In this document: positions 47,928-60,785 of the stretch, in pieces
How positions within the stretch are numbered: the first letter of the stretch is position 1
Layout of the letters: each line of letters opens with the position of its first letter
Origin: Macrostomum lignano
Lineage: Eukaryota
Assembly: GCA_002269645.1 (NCBI GenBank)
Contig: NIVC01000538.1
Span: 372,001 to 436,000, forward strand
Length of the DNA stretch: 64,000 nt
Reading direction: 5' to 3'
Program-made: the position numbers and the translations under genes
Notes under the pieces: generated by a model
Databases searched by the model: none
What the model was told of the DNA's origin: nothing
What the model saw: only the letters and a program-made list of their open reading frames with translations

Positions 47928-49005
47928 AGGGAGAGGATGAGAGAAGGAGAGGAGGGAGAGAAGGAGAGAGGAAGGAGAGAAGGAGAGAGGAGGGAGAGAA
48001 GGAGAGAGGAATGAGAGAAGGAGAGAGGAGGGAGAGAAGGAGAGAGGAAGGAGAGAAGGAGAGAGGAGGGAGAGAAGGAGAGAGGAAGGAGAGAAGGAGA
48101 GAGGAGGGAGAGAAGGAGAGACGAGGGAGAGAAGGAGAGAGGAGGGAGAGAAGGAGAGAGGAGGGAGAGAAGGAGAGAGGGGGGAGAGAAGGAGAGAGGA
48201 AGGAGAGAAGGAGAGAGGAAGGAGAGAAGGAGAGAGGAGGGAGAGAAGGAGAGAGGAGGGAGAGAAGGAGAGAGGAAGGAGAGAAGGAGAGAGGAGGGAG
48301 AGAAGGAGAGACGAGGGAGAGAAGGAGAGACGAGGGAGAGAAGGAGAGAGGAGGGAGAGAAGGAGAGAGGGGGGAGAGAAGGAGAGACGAGGGAGAGAAG
48401 GAGAGAGGGGGGAGAGAAGGAGAGAGGAGGGAGAGAAGGAGAGACGAGGGAGAGAAGGAGAGAGGAGGGAGAGAAGGAGAGAGGGGGGAGAGAAGGAGAG
48501 ACGAGGGAGAGAAGGAGAGAGGGGGGAGAGAAGGAGAGACGAGGGAGAGAAGGAGAGAGGGGGGAGAGAAGGAGAGACGAGGGAGAGAAGGAGAGACGAG
48601 GGAGAGAAGGAGAGACGAGGGAGAGAAGGAGAGACGAGGGAGAGAAGGAGAGAGGAGGGAGAGAAGGAGAGAGGAGGGAGAGAAGGAGAGAGGGGGGAGA
48701 GAAGGAGAGACGAGGGAGAGAAGGAGAGAGGAGGGAGAGAAGGAGAGAGGGGGGAGAGAAGGAGAGACGAGGGAGAGAAGGAGAGAGGAGGGAGAGAAGG
48801 AGAGAGGAGGGAGAGAAGGAGAGAGGGGGGAGAGAAGGAGAGACGAGGGAGAGAAGGAGAGAGGGGGGAGAGAAGGAGAGAGGAGGGAGAGAAGGAGAGA
48901 GGGGGAAGAGAGGGAGAGACGAGGGAGAGAAGGAGAGAGGGGGGAGAGAAGGAGAGACGAGGGAGAGAAGGAGAGAGGAGAGAGAGGAGGGGAGAAGGAG
49001 GGTGA
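47928..49005. repeat. Polypurine repeat GAGAAGGAGAGAGGAGGGA-type
   Basis: Directly visible. Confidence 0.92.
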
Positions 49006-49660
49006 AGACCAAGTGCAGTGTTATATTTGTTTCTGCAGAATGATTAGTGCCACATTTTTGAAAAGCTTGACCTAGAAAATAAATAAAATAAAATAAAATA
49101 AAAAGTGGCTGGTTTTGTACTTTCCTTGCCTACCAGGTGCGCAGTTCTCGTCATTGCATGTCTCCAAATCAAGTTTGTAAAATTCGAATATGATTTGCTT
49201 TTTGCCATGTTATTCATTTCCTATTTATCCTTTACTCTGAGGTGTCAGCCATTCTAACCCAACCGAACAGTGAAAACCCTTGCTATACTAGCAGCAGTAG
49301 TATATTTAGCATAAGTCGGCCGTACTGGCATTGCTTTGCTATATTTATTACCTGCCAACCCAATGCAACCCAGAAATCAGTTTTGTTTTACTGCTGTTGT
49401 TTTATTTAAATTTGAACCTCCCCCCCGCCGCCGCCGAAGTCAAAGCTTAAAACTTTTGCCTTTGTTAGTTTTGGATTTCTTGGAAAGCTTGAGGCTAAAA
49501 TTTGCAGTGAATTCAGAATTGTGTTTTGCCTTGACTGGAGTTTTGGCTTTTTTTGTCAGTAGCCAAGTTTTAAAATAAAAGCCCCTAGATAAAAATGCAG
49601 CACCGTCTCCTTTTGTCCTTTATTTGAATTTTTCGGAAATATTCATTTCATTGTGGTACA

Positions 49661-51868
49661 ATGTTGGCTAGATTAGCAAACCATTCTATTCCTTCATCAG
49701 TGATGCTGGCTAGATTAGCAAACCATTCTATTCCTTCATTTATGATGTTGGTTAGATTAGCAATCCATTCTATTCCTTCATCAGTGATGCTGGCTAGATT
49801 AGCAATCCATTCTATTCCTTCATCAGTGATGCTGGCTAGATTAGCAATCCATTCTATTCCTTCATCAGTGATGTTGGCTAGATTAGCAAACCATTCTATT
49901 CCTTCATCAGTGATGTTGGCTAGATTAGCAATCCATTCTATTCCTTCATTTATGATGTTGGCTAGATTAGCAATCCATTCTATTCCTTCATTTATGATGT
50001 TGGCTAGATTAGCAATCCATTCTATTCCTTCATTTATGATGTTGGCTAGATTAGCAATCCATTCTATTCCTTCATTTATGATGTTGGCTAGATTAGCAAT
50101 CCATTCTATTCCTTCATCAGTGATGCTGGCTAGATTAGCAATCCATTCTATTCCATCATCAGTGATGTTGGCTAGATTAGCAATCCATTCTACTCCTTCA
50201 TCAGTGATGTTGGCTAGATTAGCAATCCATTCTATTCCTTCATCAGTGATGTTGGCTAGATTAGCAATCCATTCTATTCCTTCATCAGTGATGCTGGCTA
50301 GATTAGCAATCCATTCTATTCCTTCATCAGTGATGCTGGCTAGATTAGCAATCCATTCTATTCCTTCATCAGTGATGCTAGCTAGATTAGCAATCCATTC
50401 TATTCCTTCATCAGTGATGCTGGCTAGATTAGCAATCCATTCTATTCCTTCATCAGTGACTGGCTAGATTAGCAATCCATTCTATTCCTTCATCATTGAT
50501 GCTGGCTAGATTAGCAATCCATTCTATTCCTTCATCAGTGATGCTAGCTAGATTAGCAATCCATTCTATTCCTTCATCAGTGATGCTGGCTAGATTAGCA
50601 ATCCACTCTATTCCTTCATCAGTGACTGGCTAGATTAGCAATCCATTCTATTCCTTCATCATTGATGCTGGCTAGATTAGCAATCCACTCTATTCCTTCA
50701 TCAGTGACTGGCTAGATTAGCAATCCATTCTATTCCTTCATCATTGATGCTGGCTAGATTAGCAATCCACTCTATTCCTTCATCAGTGATGCTAGCTAGA
50801 TTAGCAATCCATTCTATTCCTTCATCAGTGATGCTGGCTAGATTAGCAATCCATTCTATTCCTTCATCAGTGATATTGGCTAGATTAGCAATCCATTCTA
50901 TTCCATCATCAGTGATGCTGGCTAGATTAGCAATCCATTCTATTCCTTCATCAGTGATTTTGGCTAGATTAGCAATCCATTCTATTCCTTCATCAGTGAT
51001 GTTGGCTAGATTAGCAATCCATTCTATTCCTTCATCAGTGACTGGCTAGATTAGCAATCCATTCTATTCCTTCATCATTGATGCTGGCTAGATTAGCAAT
51101 CCGTTTTATTCCTTCATCAGTGATGCTGGCTAGATTAGCAATCCATTCTATTCCTTCATCAGTGATGCAGGCTAGATTAGCAATCCATTCTATTCTTTTA
51201 TTTGTGATGCTGGCTAGATTAGCAATCCATTCTATTCCATCATCATTGATGCTGGCTAGATTAGCAATCCATTCTATTCCTTCATCAGTGATGCTGGCTA
51301 GATTAGCAATCCATTCTATTCCTTCATCAGTGATGCTGGCTAGATTAGCAATCCATTCTATTCCTTCATCAGTGATGCTGGCTAGGTTAGCAATCCATTC
51401 TATTCCTTCATCAGTGATGCTGGCTAGATTAGCAATCCATTCTATTCCTTCATCAGTGATGCTGGCTAGATTAGCAATCCACTCTATTCCTTCATCAGTG
51501 ACTGGCTAGATTAGCAATCCATTCTATTCCTTCATCATTGATGCTGGCTAGATTAGCAATCCATTCTATTCCTTCATCAGTGATGCTAGCTAGATTAGCA
51601 ATCCATTCTATTCCTTCATCAGTGATGCTGGCTAGATTAGCAATCCATTCTATTCCTTCATCAGTGATGCTGGCTAGATTAGCAATCCATTCTATTCTTT
51701 TATTTGTGATGCTGGCTAGATTAGCAATCCATTCTATTCCTTCATCAGTGATGCTGGCTAGATTAGCAATCCATTCTATTCCTTCATCAGTGATGCTGGC
51801 TAGATTAGCAATCCACTCTATTCCTTCATCAGTGATGCTGGCTAGATTAGCAATCCATTCTATTCCTT
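49661..51868 (+). repeat. 42-bp minisatellite family, copy 3 (about 52 units)
   Basis: Same unit as 570-1138, with occasional 3-bp-deleted units and CTTTTATTTGT variant units. Confidence 0.95.
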
Positions 51869-52429
51869 TATTGATATTGACACAAAAATAAAAATATCAA
51901 AAAACCTTTCATATATTACTAGCAATCCGGTTTTACTGAATAGTAGTATAATTAGTGTTTCGCGCCCTAGAATCTTGCAGTGAAATGAGTTTGGAATGCT
52001 GACAAGTGTGCAGCAAACGGTGCGTCATCAGGTATCAGTTTATTTGTTCATAAGTTGAGTTAATTTGCTACAAAGCTAATGAGTAAGGGTTGTTGATGAC
52101 CGATGATGCAATATTGCACACATGAGCAGGTGACAAGGGAATGAAATTAATTAATGTAATGAACCTTCAGCGCCAATTAGCTGATTACAGAGTTTGTTTG
52201 CGAGTTTCTGTGCAACCTCAAAGCTGGTTTGCGTGTCCCACAGCAGCTTATTATTATAATATCCGCGATATTGTCTCAATCAAGTGCTTTGGAATGTTGC
52301 ACAGAGGTGACAATTGTTGACACAGCGATGGTTAAAAACCGGGCTTTGTTTGATAAGGGCAGCGCAGGGCAATTTGAGGGACAGAGAAGTTTAGGGTAAA
52401 AACAGTTGGAATCATACTTTGGACAGTAT

Positions 52430-52587
52430 GACTAGTTGACAGTAGATAGTACATAGTAGACAGTAGACGGTAGATAGTAGACAGTAGATAGTAGATAGTC
52501 AATATTAGACAGCAGATATTAGACAGCAGATTATAGATAGCAGGTAGTAGAAAGTAGACAAAGGACAGTAGATAGTAGACAGTAGAG

Positions 52588-52618
<31 letters not shown>

Positions 52619-52687
52619 GGACAGTGGACAGTGGACAGTAGATAGTAGACAGTGGACAGTGGACATTAGACAGTAGACATTAGACAT

Positions 52688-52728
<41 letters not shown>

Positions 52729-53016
52729 TTAGACATTAGACAGTAGACAGTAGACAGTAGACAGTGGACATTAGACAGTAGACAGTGGACAGTGGACAGT
52801 AGACATTAGACAGTAGACAGTAGACAGTAGACATTAGACAGTGGACAGTAGACAGTAGACAGTAGACAGTGGACAGTGGACAGTAGACATTAGACAGTAG
52901 ACAGTAGACAGTAGACATTAGACAGTGGACAGTAGACAGTAGACAGTGGACAGTAGACAGTAGACAGTGGACAGTGGACAGTAGACATTAGACAGTAGAC
53001 AGTAGACAGTAGACAT

Positions 53017-53101
<85 letters not shown>

Positions 53102-53298
53102 GGACAGTAGACAGTAGACAGTAGACAGTGGACAGTGGACAGTAGACATTAGACAGTAGACAGTAGACATTAGACAGTGGACAGTAGACAGTAGACAGTG
53201 GACAGTAGACAGTAGACAGTAGGCATTAGACAGTAGACAGTGGACAGTGGACAGTAGACATTAGACAGTAGACAGTGGACAGTAGACAGTAGACAGTG

Positions 53299-53337
<39 letters not shown>

Positions 53338-53347
53338 TTAGACAGTG

Positions 53348-53379
<32 letters not shown>

Positions 53380-53530
53380 TTAGACAGTGGACAGTAGACA
53401 GTAGACAGTGGACAGTAGACAGTAGACAGTAGACAGTAGGCATTAGACAGTAGACAGTGGATAGTGGACAGTAGACAGTGGACAGTAGACAGTAGACATT
53501 AGACAGTAGACAGTGGACAGTGGACAGTAT
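52430..53530. repeat. 7-bp satellite (TAGACAG)n with TGGACAG and TAGACAT variants
   Basis: Directly visible. Confidence 0.95.
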
Positions 53531-53660
53531 TTAATGGACATTAGATGATCAACCATCTTGTAAAGTCAGGCACATGCAGGAAATATCTAAAGACAAAAAG
53601 CGCAATGCTGTTTGGCTTGGGTTCGGCCCCACCAGAAATGCCCGTCACTCGCCTCACCCC

Positions 53661-56051
53661 TCAATGGTTGAGCAGCGGCGCTCGCTGCGAGGTCTGGCTG
53701 GCGTACCGGGACCTCGGCGGCAGCGACTGCGAGGTGCTCGCCGTGGTCGATTCGACTTCATCCTCGTCGTAATCCTCGCCCTCGTCGATCTCGCTGGGCA
53801 GCCGGGACACGCAGTGCTGCTTGACGAGGTTCATTCGCTGCCGCGCCATCGAGTCGAAGTCCAGCCAGTTCTTCTCCTCGATCTTCTGCGCCTCGCTCAG
53901 CGCCGCGCTGACGGCGTCGTGATTGGTGAGGAAGATCTTCTTCATGTCCACCTTGCTGACCCGCGGCTTGCCGAGCATCAGGCGGACGGCGGCTCGCGTG
54001 TTAGACAGGTATACCGTCACCCCGGCCTCGCGGTAGTCGTCCAGCACCTGGTTGAGCATCCGGAGGCCCACGGAGTCGACGAAGCTGCAGCAGGAGAAGT
54101 CGATGATCACGTGATGAAGGCTGGTCGAAGGCCGCAGGTCGCCGACGGTCAGCGCGGCCGACACGGAGCCGTAGTTCGTCTGGCGCGACTCCTGCGCCTC
54201 CACCTCCCAGGTGGTGGCGCCAGGCGCCGGGTTCTGCAGGATCGGGATGGCCTCCTTGACAGTCAGGCGCAGGTTGCGCAGCTTCTGGTCGTAGGCGTGC
54301 TGCTTGATGGCGAGCTGGCGGGGGTTGCAGCCGGTCAGCAGGTACAGCGAGTTCCTGAAGTGATCCGCCGAGGCGAAGTACAGCGAGCCCTCGTAGCGGA
54401 AGATCTTGATGCCCTCGATCTCCTTGGCGTCTGGCGTCACCACTATGTTCTTGTAGATGTCCGTGTGCGGGATGCGGCCCAGGATGCAGGCGTACGGCCA
54501 CTGCGAGCGGAACACAATGGTCAGCAGGGAGAAGGCCACCCCGATGATCAGGCCTGTGTCAACGCTGAAGCAGATGACGGACGCGCAGGTGACCACCCAG
54601 AGCAGGAAGTCGATTTTGCTGACGTCCCAGAGTTGAGGCAGGTCGCCGAACTGCCACAGCATGCTCTTCAGGTTCACCAGGATGATGGCTGACAGCACGC
54701 AGTTCGGGGTGGTTTTGAATGTCGGTCCCAAGAACAGGATGGTCACCAGGACAAGCGCGGACGCGAACAGGTTCGCCACCTGAGTGCGGCCGCCCAGGGA
54801 CTCGTGCAGAGCCGAGCAGGACATCGAGCTGGTGGACACGAAGCAGTTCGTGAAGCTGCCAACCAGGTTGCCGGCGCCGTAGGCCAGGAACTCCTGGTTC
54901 GCATCGATCTCGGTGTCGTACTCCAGGGCGAACTTCTTGGCGACCGACACGGAGACCGCGAAAGCAACGATGGCGATGACGACGGAGTCCTGCACCAGCT
55001 TGCCGTCAGCCAGCTGCAGCTGCGGCACCCGCGGCTCCTTGAAGCCCTGCGGCACGTGGCCGACCTGGTCGACGCCGAAATCGTTGAAGTCGGCCAGGTA
55101 GGAGATCAGCGTCACGACCACCGTGATGATGAGCTCGCCCGGGATCGGCGCCTTGCAGTAGCGGTTCAGCCGGCTGTTGGCCATCTTGCACAGCACCAGG
55201 AACACCATCGAGCACCCAGAGATGATCAGCGTCGGCACGTTGAAGCTGGCAACGTTCGCCAGCGCGAAGTAGAACGTTTTGAAGATCTCGAAGATGCCCT
55301 CTGGCGGGGTGCCCTTCGGCACTGTCACCTTGTAGCCGACAACGGCCGACACCTGGCTGGAGATCACCTCGATGGCGGCCCCGGTGGTGAAGCCGCCGAT
55401 AAGCGGGTCGCTCAGATAGTTGGTGAGCATCCCCAGCCGGAGCAGGCTGAACCCCAGCTGAAAAATCCCCACCAGCAGGGACACCACGAGCACCGTGTCA
55501 AGTATGACCTCGGCTGATGCCGCCGACAGCTCGCCACCGTCTGGCGTCGTGGCGTTGACGCTCAAGTTGCTGTGCGGCACCGTCGGGTAGGTGCGGTCCA
55601 TGAACCGCATGGCCACCTGGCCGACCATGAGCGACACGACGCCCTGGCAGGACATGACCAGATGCGGCGAGGTGCCCAGAATGCAGTAGATGACCCCGGC
55701 CACGAAGGCGGTGTACAGGCCGTACACGGGCGACAGGTATGCCAGCAGGGCGTAGGCCATGCTCTGCGGGATGCGCATGATGCCGGTGGAGAGTCCAGAG
55801 ACCAGGTCCAGCGGCAGGTACTCGCGCACCCGGTACTCTCTGAGCATCCGCATGCAGGGCAGCAGCTGGGCGGCGATGTCTGAGCAGTTGCGCCTCGGGC
55901 CGCTCGGCACGAAGACGCTGTCGATGAACCGCTTGCGCAGCGGCTCCTCCTCGTCCTCCTGGAAGACGTTCTCGAATTTGTGCTGCGAGTAAACTGGCCG
56001 CTTGATCTCCACCATGCCCACCTCCCCGGGCCAGGGCGACACCGACTCCAT
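53661..56051 (-). CDS. SLC26-family anion transporter (prestin/pendrin-like) with STAS domain, intronless; N-terminus may extend to ATG 56350
   Basis: Continuous ORF. Motifs: LREYRVREYLPLDLVSGLSTGIMRIPQSMAYALLA, PVYGLY, YLSDPLIGGFTTG, IPGELI, DANQEFLAYG, GRTQVANL, IFRYEGSLYFAS, VIIDFSCCSFVDSVG. First in-frame ATG at 56051. Confidence 0.95.
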   Translation of the reverse strand: MESVSPWPGEVGMVEIKRPVYSQHKFENVFQEDEEEPLRKRFIDSVFVPSGPRRNCSDIAAQLLPCMRMLREYRVREYLPLDLVSGLSTGIMRIPQSMAYALLAYLSPVYGLYTAFVAGVIYCILGTSPHLVMSCQGVVSLMVGQVAMRFMDRTYPTVPHSNLSVNATTPDGGELSAASAEVILDTVLVVSLLVGIFQLGFSLLRLGMLTNYLSDPLIGGFTTGAAIEVISSQVSAVVGYKVTVPKGTPPEGIFEIFKTFYFALANVASFNVPTLIISGCSMVFLVLCKMANSRLNRYCKAPIPGELIITVVVTLISYLADFNDFGVDQVGHVPQGFKEPRVPQLQLADGKLVQDSVVIAIVAFAVSVSVAKKFALEYDTEIDANQEFLAYGAGNLVGSFTNCFVSTSSMSCSALHESLGGRTQVANLFASALVLVTILFLGPTFKTTPNCVLSAIILVNLKSMLWQFGDLPQLWDVSKIDFLLWVVTCASVICFSVDTGLIIGVAFSLLTIVFRSQWPYACILGRIPHTDIYKNIVVTPDAKEIEGIKIFRYEGSLYFASADHFRNSLYLLTGCNPRQLAIKQHAYDQKLRNLRLTVKEAIPILQNPAPGATTWEVEAQESRQTNYGSVSAALTVGDLRPSTSLHHVIIDFSCCSFVDSVGLRMLNQVLDDYREAGVTVYLSNTRAAVRLMLGKPRVSKVDMKKIFLTNHDAVSAALSEAQKIEEKNWLDFDSMARQRMNLVKQHCVSRLPSEIDEGEDYDEDEVESTTASTSQSLPPRSRYASQTSQRAPLLNH

Positions 56052-56350
56052 CACGTTCTCGCCCTCCACCCCGATGGGTCCGGACTGGCCTGCACCTCCC
56101 CGGCCGCCGCCGCCGCCGCCGCCGCCGCCGCTTCCCGCCGGAGCGCCAGCCGGTGCACCGACGGCAGGACGATATTCTCCAGGGTTCGGCGCAGCCGATT
56201 CTCCGCGTCCTCGGCTGGCAGCTCGGCGCCCTGCGGCGGCGGCAATCTTGGCGTGGTGGTGCCGGACCGGAGCAGCGAGTTCCTGCGGCTGTAGCTGCCC
56301 AGCTTGCCGCCGCCGCTGCTGCTGCCCCGGCGAATGTTCGAGTTGGACAT
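56051..56350 (-). other. 99-aa upstream ORF (MSNSNIRRGSSS...) whose TGA overlaps the SLC26 ATG (TGATG), or the true SLC26 N-terminus split by a 1-nt indel
   Basis: ATG 56350-56348 follows a CACAG/CTCAG acceptor; TGA at 56053-56051. One extra A in GGGAAG (~56131-56136) would fuse it in frame with SLC26. Confidence 0.5.
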
Positions 56351-56929
56351 GTCGAGCCTGAGCTGTGGGCTGAAGCTGTGAGCAGCACAGTGACCCAAGG
56401 CCTCAGAAGTAAAGCAGCAGTCAGGAGGCTCCTGCTCTCGGTCTTGATAATGCAGAGCCGCCTGGGGCTGGGGTGGGTGCGGATTTGAGATAACACCCCA
56501 AGGTGCGGCTCTGCACACTCCGCCTTCTATGCTCAGGCTAAAGCATTTCTGGCTGTGCGAGAATGCAGAGCCAGTTCTGATTAGAACACGCAGTCCAAGG
56601 TCAGGAGGAGGGTCTCGGTCATCGGGGCTGTACAGCAGCGAGTGACAAGAAGCCAGGTGCGATCGTTTCTGGTAGTTTTCCATTCACTTTACAATCTGAC
56701 TCGACTCGACGTGCAAGTTGGAATGAAACGGAAAGATAAGAATTCAGCGCTAAATGCTAAATTGACTAAATCTGGGTGCTAACAGTGCTGCCTAAGTTTA
56801 ACCTGCAACTGCGTGCGTATTCTGGGTAGGCATTTCACTAAATAAGCATTTTGAGGCAGTGCTTGCTTGATGCTGCAATATTTGCAACATGTAATATAGT
56901 TAGCTCAAATAGGGTCTCAGTTTCAACAT

Positions 56930-57962
56930 CTGACTCTCCATGCCACTCTCCTGACTCTCCGTGACACTCTCCTGACTCTCCATGACACTCTCCTGACTCT
57001 CCATGTCTCCCTACCGACTCTCCATGTGCCACTCTCCTGACTCTCCATGTCTCCCTACTGACTCTCAATGTCTTCTTCCTGACTCTCCATGTCTCCCTCC
57101 TGACTCTCCATGTCTCCCCCTGACTCTCTATGTCTCCTCCTGACTCTCCCTGTCTCCATCCTGACTCTCCATGTCTCCCTCCTGACTCTCTATGTCTCCC
57201 TCCTGACTCTCCATGTCTCCCTCCTGACTCTCTATGTCTCCCTCCTGACTCTCCATGTCTCCCTCCTGACTCTCCATGTGCCACTCTCCTGACTCTCCAT
57301 GTCTCCATCCTGACTCTCCATGTCTCCCTACTGACTCTCAATGCCTTCTTCCTGACTCTCCCTGTCTCCCTCCTGACTCTCCATGTCTCCCCCTGACTCT
57401 CTATGTCTCCTCCTGACTCTCCCTGTCTCCCTCCTGACTCTCCATGTCTCCCTCCTGACTCTCCATGTCTCCCTCCTGACTCTCTATGTCTCCATCCTGA
57501 CTCTCCATGTCTCCCTCCTGACTCTCCATGTCCCCTCTTGACTCTCTATGTCTCCTTCTGACTCTCCATGTCTCCCTCCTGACTCTCCATGTCTCCCTCC
57601 TGACTCTCCCTGTCTTCTTCCTGACTCTCCATGTCTCCTTCCTGACTCTCCATGTCTCCTCCTGACTCTCCATGTCTCCTTCCTGACTCTCCATGTCTCC
57701 CTACTGACTCTCCATGTCCCCTCTTGACTCTCTATGTCTCCTTCTGACTCTCCATGTCTCCCTCCTGACTCTCCATGTCTCCCTCCTGACTCTCCGTGTC
57801 TTCTTCCTGACTTTCCATGTCTCCTTCCTGACTCTCCATGTCTCCTCCTGACTCTCCATGTCTCCTTCCTGACTCTCCATGTCTCCTTCCTGACTCTCCA
57901 TGTCTCCTTCCTGACTCTCCATGTCTCCTCCTGACTCTCCATGTCTCCTTCCTGACTCTCAC
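56930..57962. repeat. 21-bp minisatellite CCTGACTCTCCATGTCTCCCT
   Basis: Directly visible. Confidence 0.93.
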
Positions 57963-58273
57963 TGTCGCCCCCACTTTAAAAGGTAGCAATCAGTGCACGC
58001 TGCTACCTTAATGGATTAGGATTTTATCTGCCTGGGTTTTTTGCGTCTCAAGTTTAGGACGGGAAGAGGAATTCTTAGAAATCGATCCAAAACGAGCACG
58101 CACATTCGCCAGCAGGTCCGGCAGCCTGGTTATTAATTTATAACTGCTTTGCTCCTGCGTCCTTTTATGGCCCAGTAAATAATTCCATAAATATTTTGCT
58201 ACCGTCTGATGAGCTCCTCGCGTGTCTTTGCGTGGGAATCGATTTATTTTCCAGACGGCTCACTGCCTGATCT

Positions 58274-59125
58274 TAAATGGCACTCCTAATTGTAGAAATG
58301 GCACTCCTGATAGTGAAAATGGCACTCCTGATTGTAGAAATGGCACTCCTGATAGTGAAAATGGCACTCCTGATTGTAGAAATGGCACTCCTGATAGTGA
58401 AAAAGGCACTCCTGATATTGAAAATGGCACTCCTAATTGTAGAAATGGCACTCCTGATAGTGAAAATGGCACTCTGGATTGTAAAAAATGGCACTCCTGA
58501 TTGTAAAAATGGCACTCCTAATTGTAAAAATGGCACTCCTGATAGTGAAAATGGCACTCCTGATTGTAAAAATGGCACTCCTAATTGTAATAATGGCACT
58601 CCTGATAGTGAAAATGGCACTCCTGATTGTAAAAATGGCACTCCTGATTGTAAAAATGGCACTCCTGATAGTGAAATGGCACTCCTAATAGTAATAATGG
58701 CACTCTAATAGTGAAAATGGCACTCCTAATTGTAAAAATGGCACTCCTGATTGTAAAAATGGCACTCCTAATTGTAAAAATGGCACTCCTGATAGTGAAA
58801 ATGGCACTCCTGATTGTAAAAATGGCACTCCTAATTGTAATAATGGCACTCTAATAGTGAAAATGGCACTCCTAATTGTAAAAATGGCACTCCTGATTGT
58901 AAAAATGGCACTCCTGATAGTGAAATGGTACTCCTAATAGTAATAATGGCACTCTAATAGTGAAAATGGCACTCCTAATTGTAAAAATGGCACTCCTGAT
59001 AGTGAAATGGCACTCCTAATAGTAATAATGGCACTCTAATAGTGAAAAGGGCACTCCTAATTGTAAAAATGGCACTCCTGATAGTAAAATGGCAATCCTG
59101 ATAGTAGAAATGGCACTCCTGACAA
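58274..59125. repeat. 21-bp minisatellite AATGGCACTCCTGATTGTAAA
   Basis: Directly visible. Confidence 0.92.
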
Positions 59126-59789
59126 TAAATGTGGCCCAGTGCATCCCCTACTGCACCCTACTAAATGGGAATAAGCCGTTACTATAAAGTTTATTGATCC
59201 TCACATAAATATGGTGATGCATATATTACTATAAACGAGTACGCATATGCGCACAAATACTAATTGAGAAGACAGTTGGTTACTCCCGCCAACCAGCCAT
59301 CCATGACTCTCTGCCCCCAGCGGCCGGCACTGAGATATCCTGTTTCGGGGGCTGGCGGGGGGTCAGTCAGAAAGTGCACTGCAAGTCGCACAATTAGGCA
59401 TTAATTAGCTGCTCTGCTCAGGCTGCTCAAACTCTCAGCTGAGGAATGCTCTCAGAGCCTCGGATACCAAATAGTGCCTCTCTTGCTTCAGCCCTTCGAG
59501 CACGCGAAGCCCGGTTCCGAATGTCTCTCAATCTCTCCGTTGCTCCTTCTCTCTCCGTATCTGCATTAAAGTCTCAGTAGTGTCCGGGACAGACTGAGCT
59601 CCAGCTACACAGATTGAGCTCCAGCTTTAACCGATGCTCAACTTCTCCCTATGGCTGGATATCCCCTACTGAGATCTGCTAAAATCTTACTTACTGACTG
59701 CCAACTCTTTGTTCTCAAGGTGCGGGAGGCTGTGTGATGAGCCTGCATGGGATTCTATTGGCTTTTTATCGGTGTGTCTCCCTCACTGC

Positions 59790-60785
59790 GACTTCCTCTC
59801 CCTCACCCATCTCCCTCACCCCATCTCCCTCACCCATCTCCCTCACCCCATCTCCCTCACCCCATCTCCCTCACCCATCTCCCTCACCCCATCTCCCTCA
59901 CCCATCTTACTCACCCCATCTCACTCACCCATCTCCCTCACCCATCTCCCTCACCCCATCTCCCTCACCCATCTCCCTCACCCATCTCCCTCACCCCATC
60001 TCCCTCACCCATCTCCCTCACCCCATCTCCCTCACCCATCTTACTCACCCCATCTCACTCACCCATCTCCCTCACCCATCTCCCTCACCCCATCTCCCTC
60101 ACCCATCTCCCTCACCCATCTCCCTCACCCCATCTCCCTCACCCATCTCCCTCACCCCATCTCCCTCACACATCTCCCTCACCCCATCTCCCTCACCCAT
60201 CTCCCTCACCCATCTCCCTCACCCCATCTCCCTCACCCATCTCCCTCACCCATCTCCCTCACCCCATCTCCCTCACCCATCTTACTCACCCCATCTCACT
60301 CACCCATCTCCCTCACCCATCTCCCTCACCCCATCTCCCTCACCCCATCTCCCTCACCCATCTTACTCACCCCATCTCACTCACCCATCTCACTCACCCA
60401 TCTCCCTCATCCATCTCCCTCTCCCTCATCTCCCTCTCCCTCATCCCCCTCTCCCTCATCTCCCTTTCCCTCATCTCTCTCACCCTATCTCCCTCATCTC
60501 CCTCTCCCTCATCCCCCTCTCCCTCATCTCCCTTTCCCTCATCTCTCTCACCCTATCTCCCTCATCTCCCTCACCCTCCCCCCATCTCCCTCACCCCATC
60601 TCTCTCATCTCCCTCTCCCTCATCTCCCTCTCCCTCACCCCATCTCCCTTACCCCATCTCCCTCTCCCTCATCTCCCTCTCCCTCATCTCCCTCTCCCTC
60701 ACCCCATCTCCCTCACCCCATCTCCCTCACCCCATCTCCCTCACCCCCTCTCCCTCACCCCATCTCCCTCACCCCATCTCTCTCC
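59790..60785. repeat. 14/15-bp polypyrimidine repeat CCATCTCCCTCACC(C)
   Basis: Directly visible. Confidence 0.93.
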
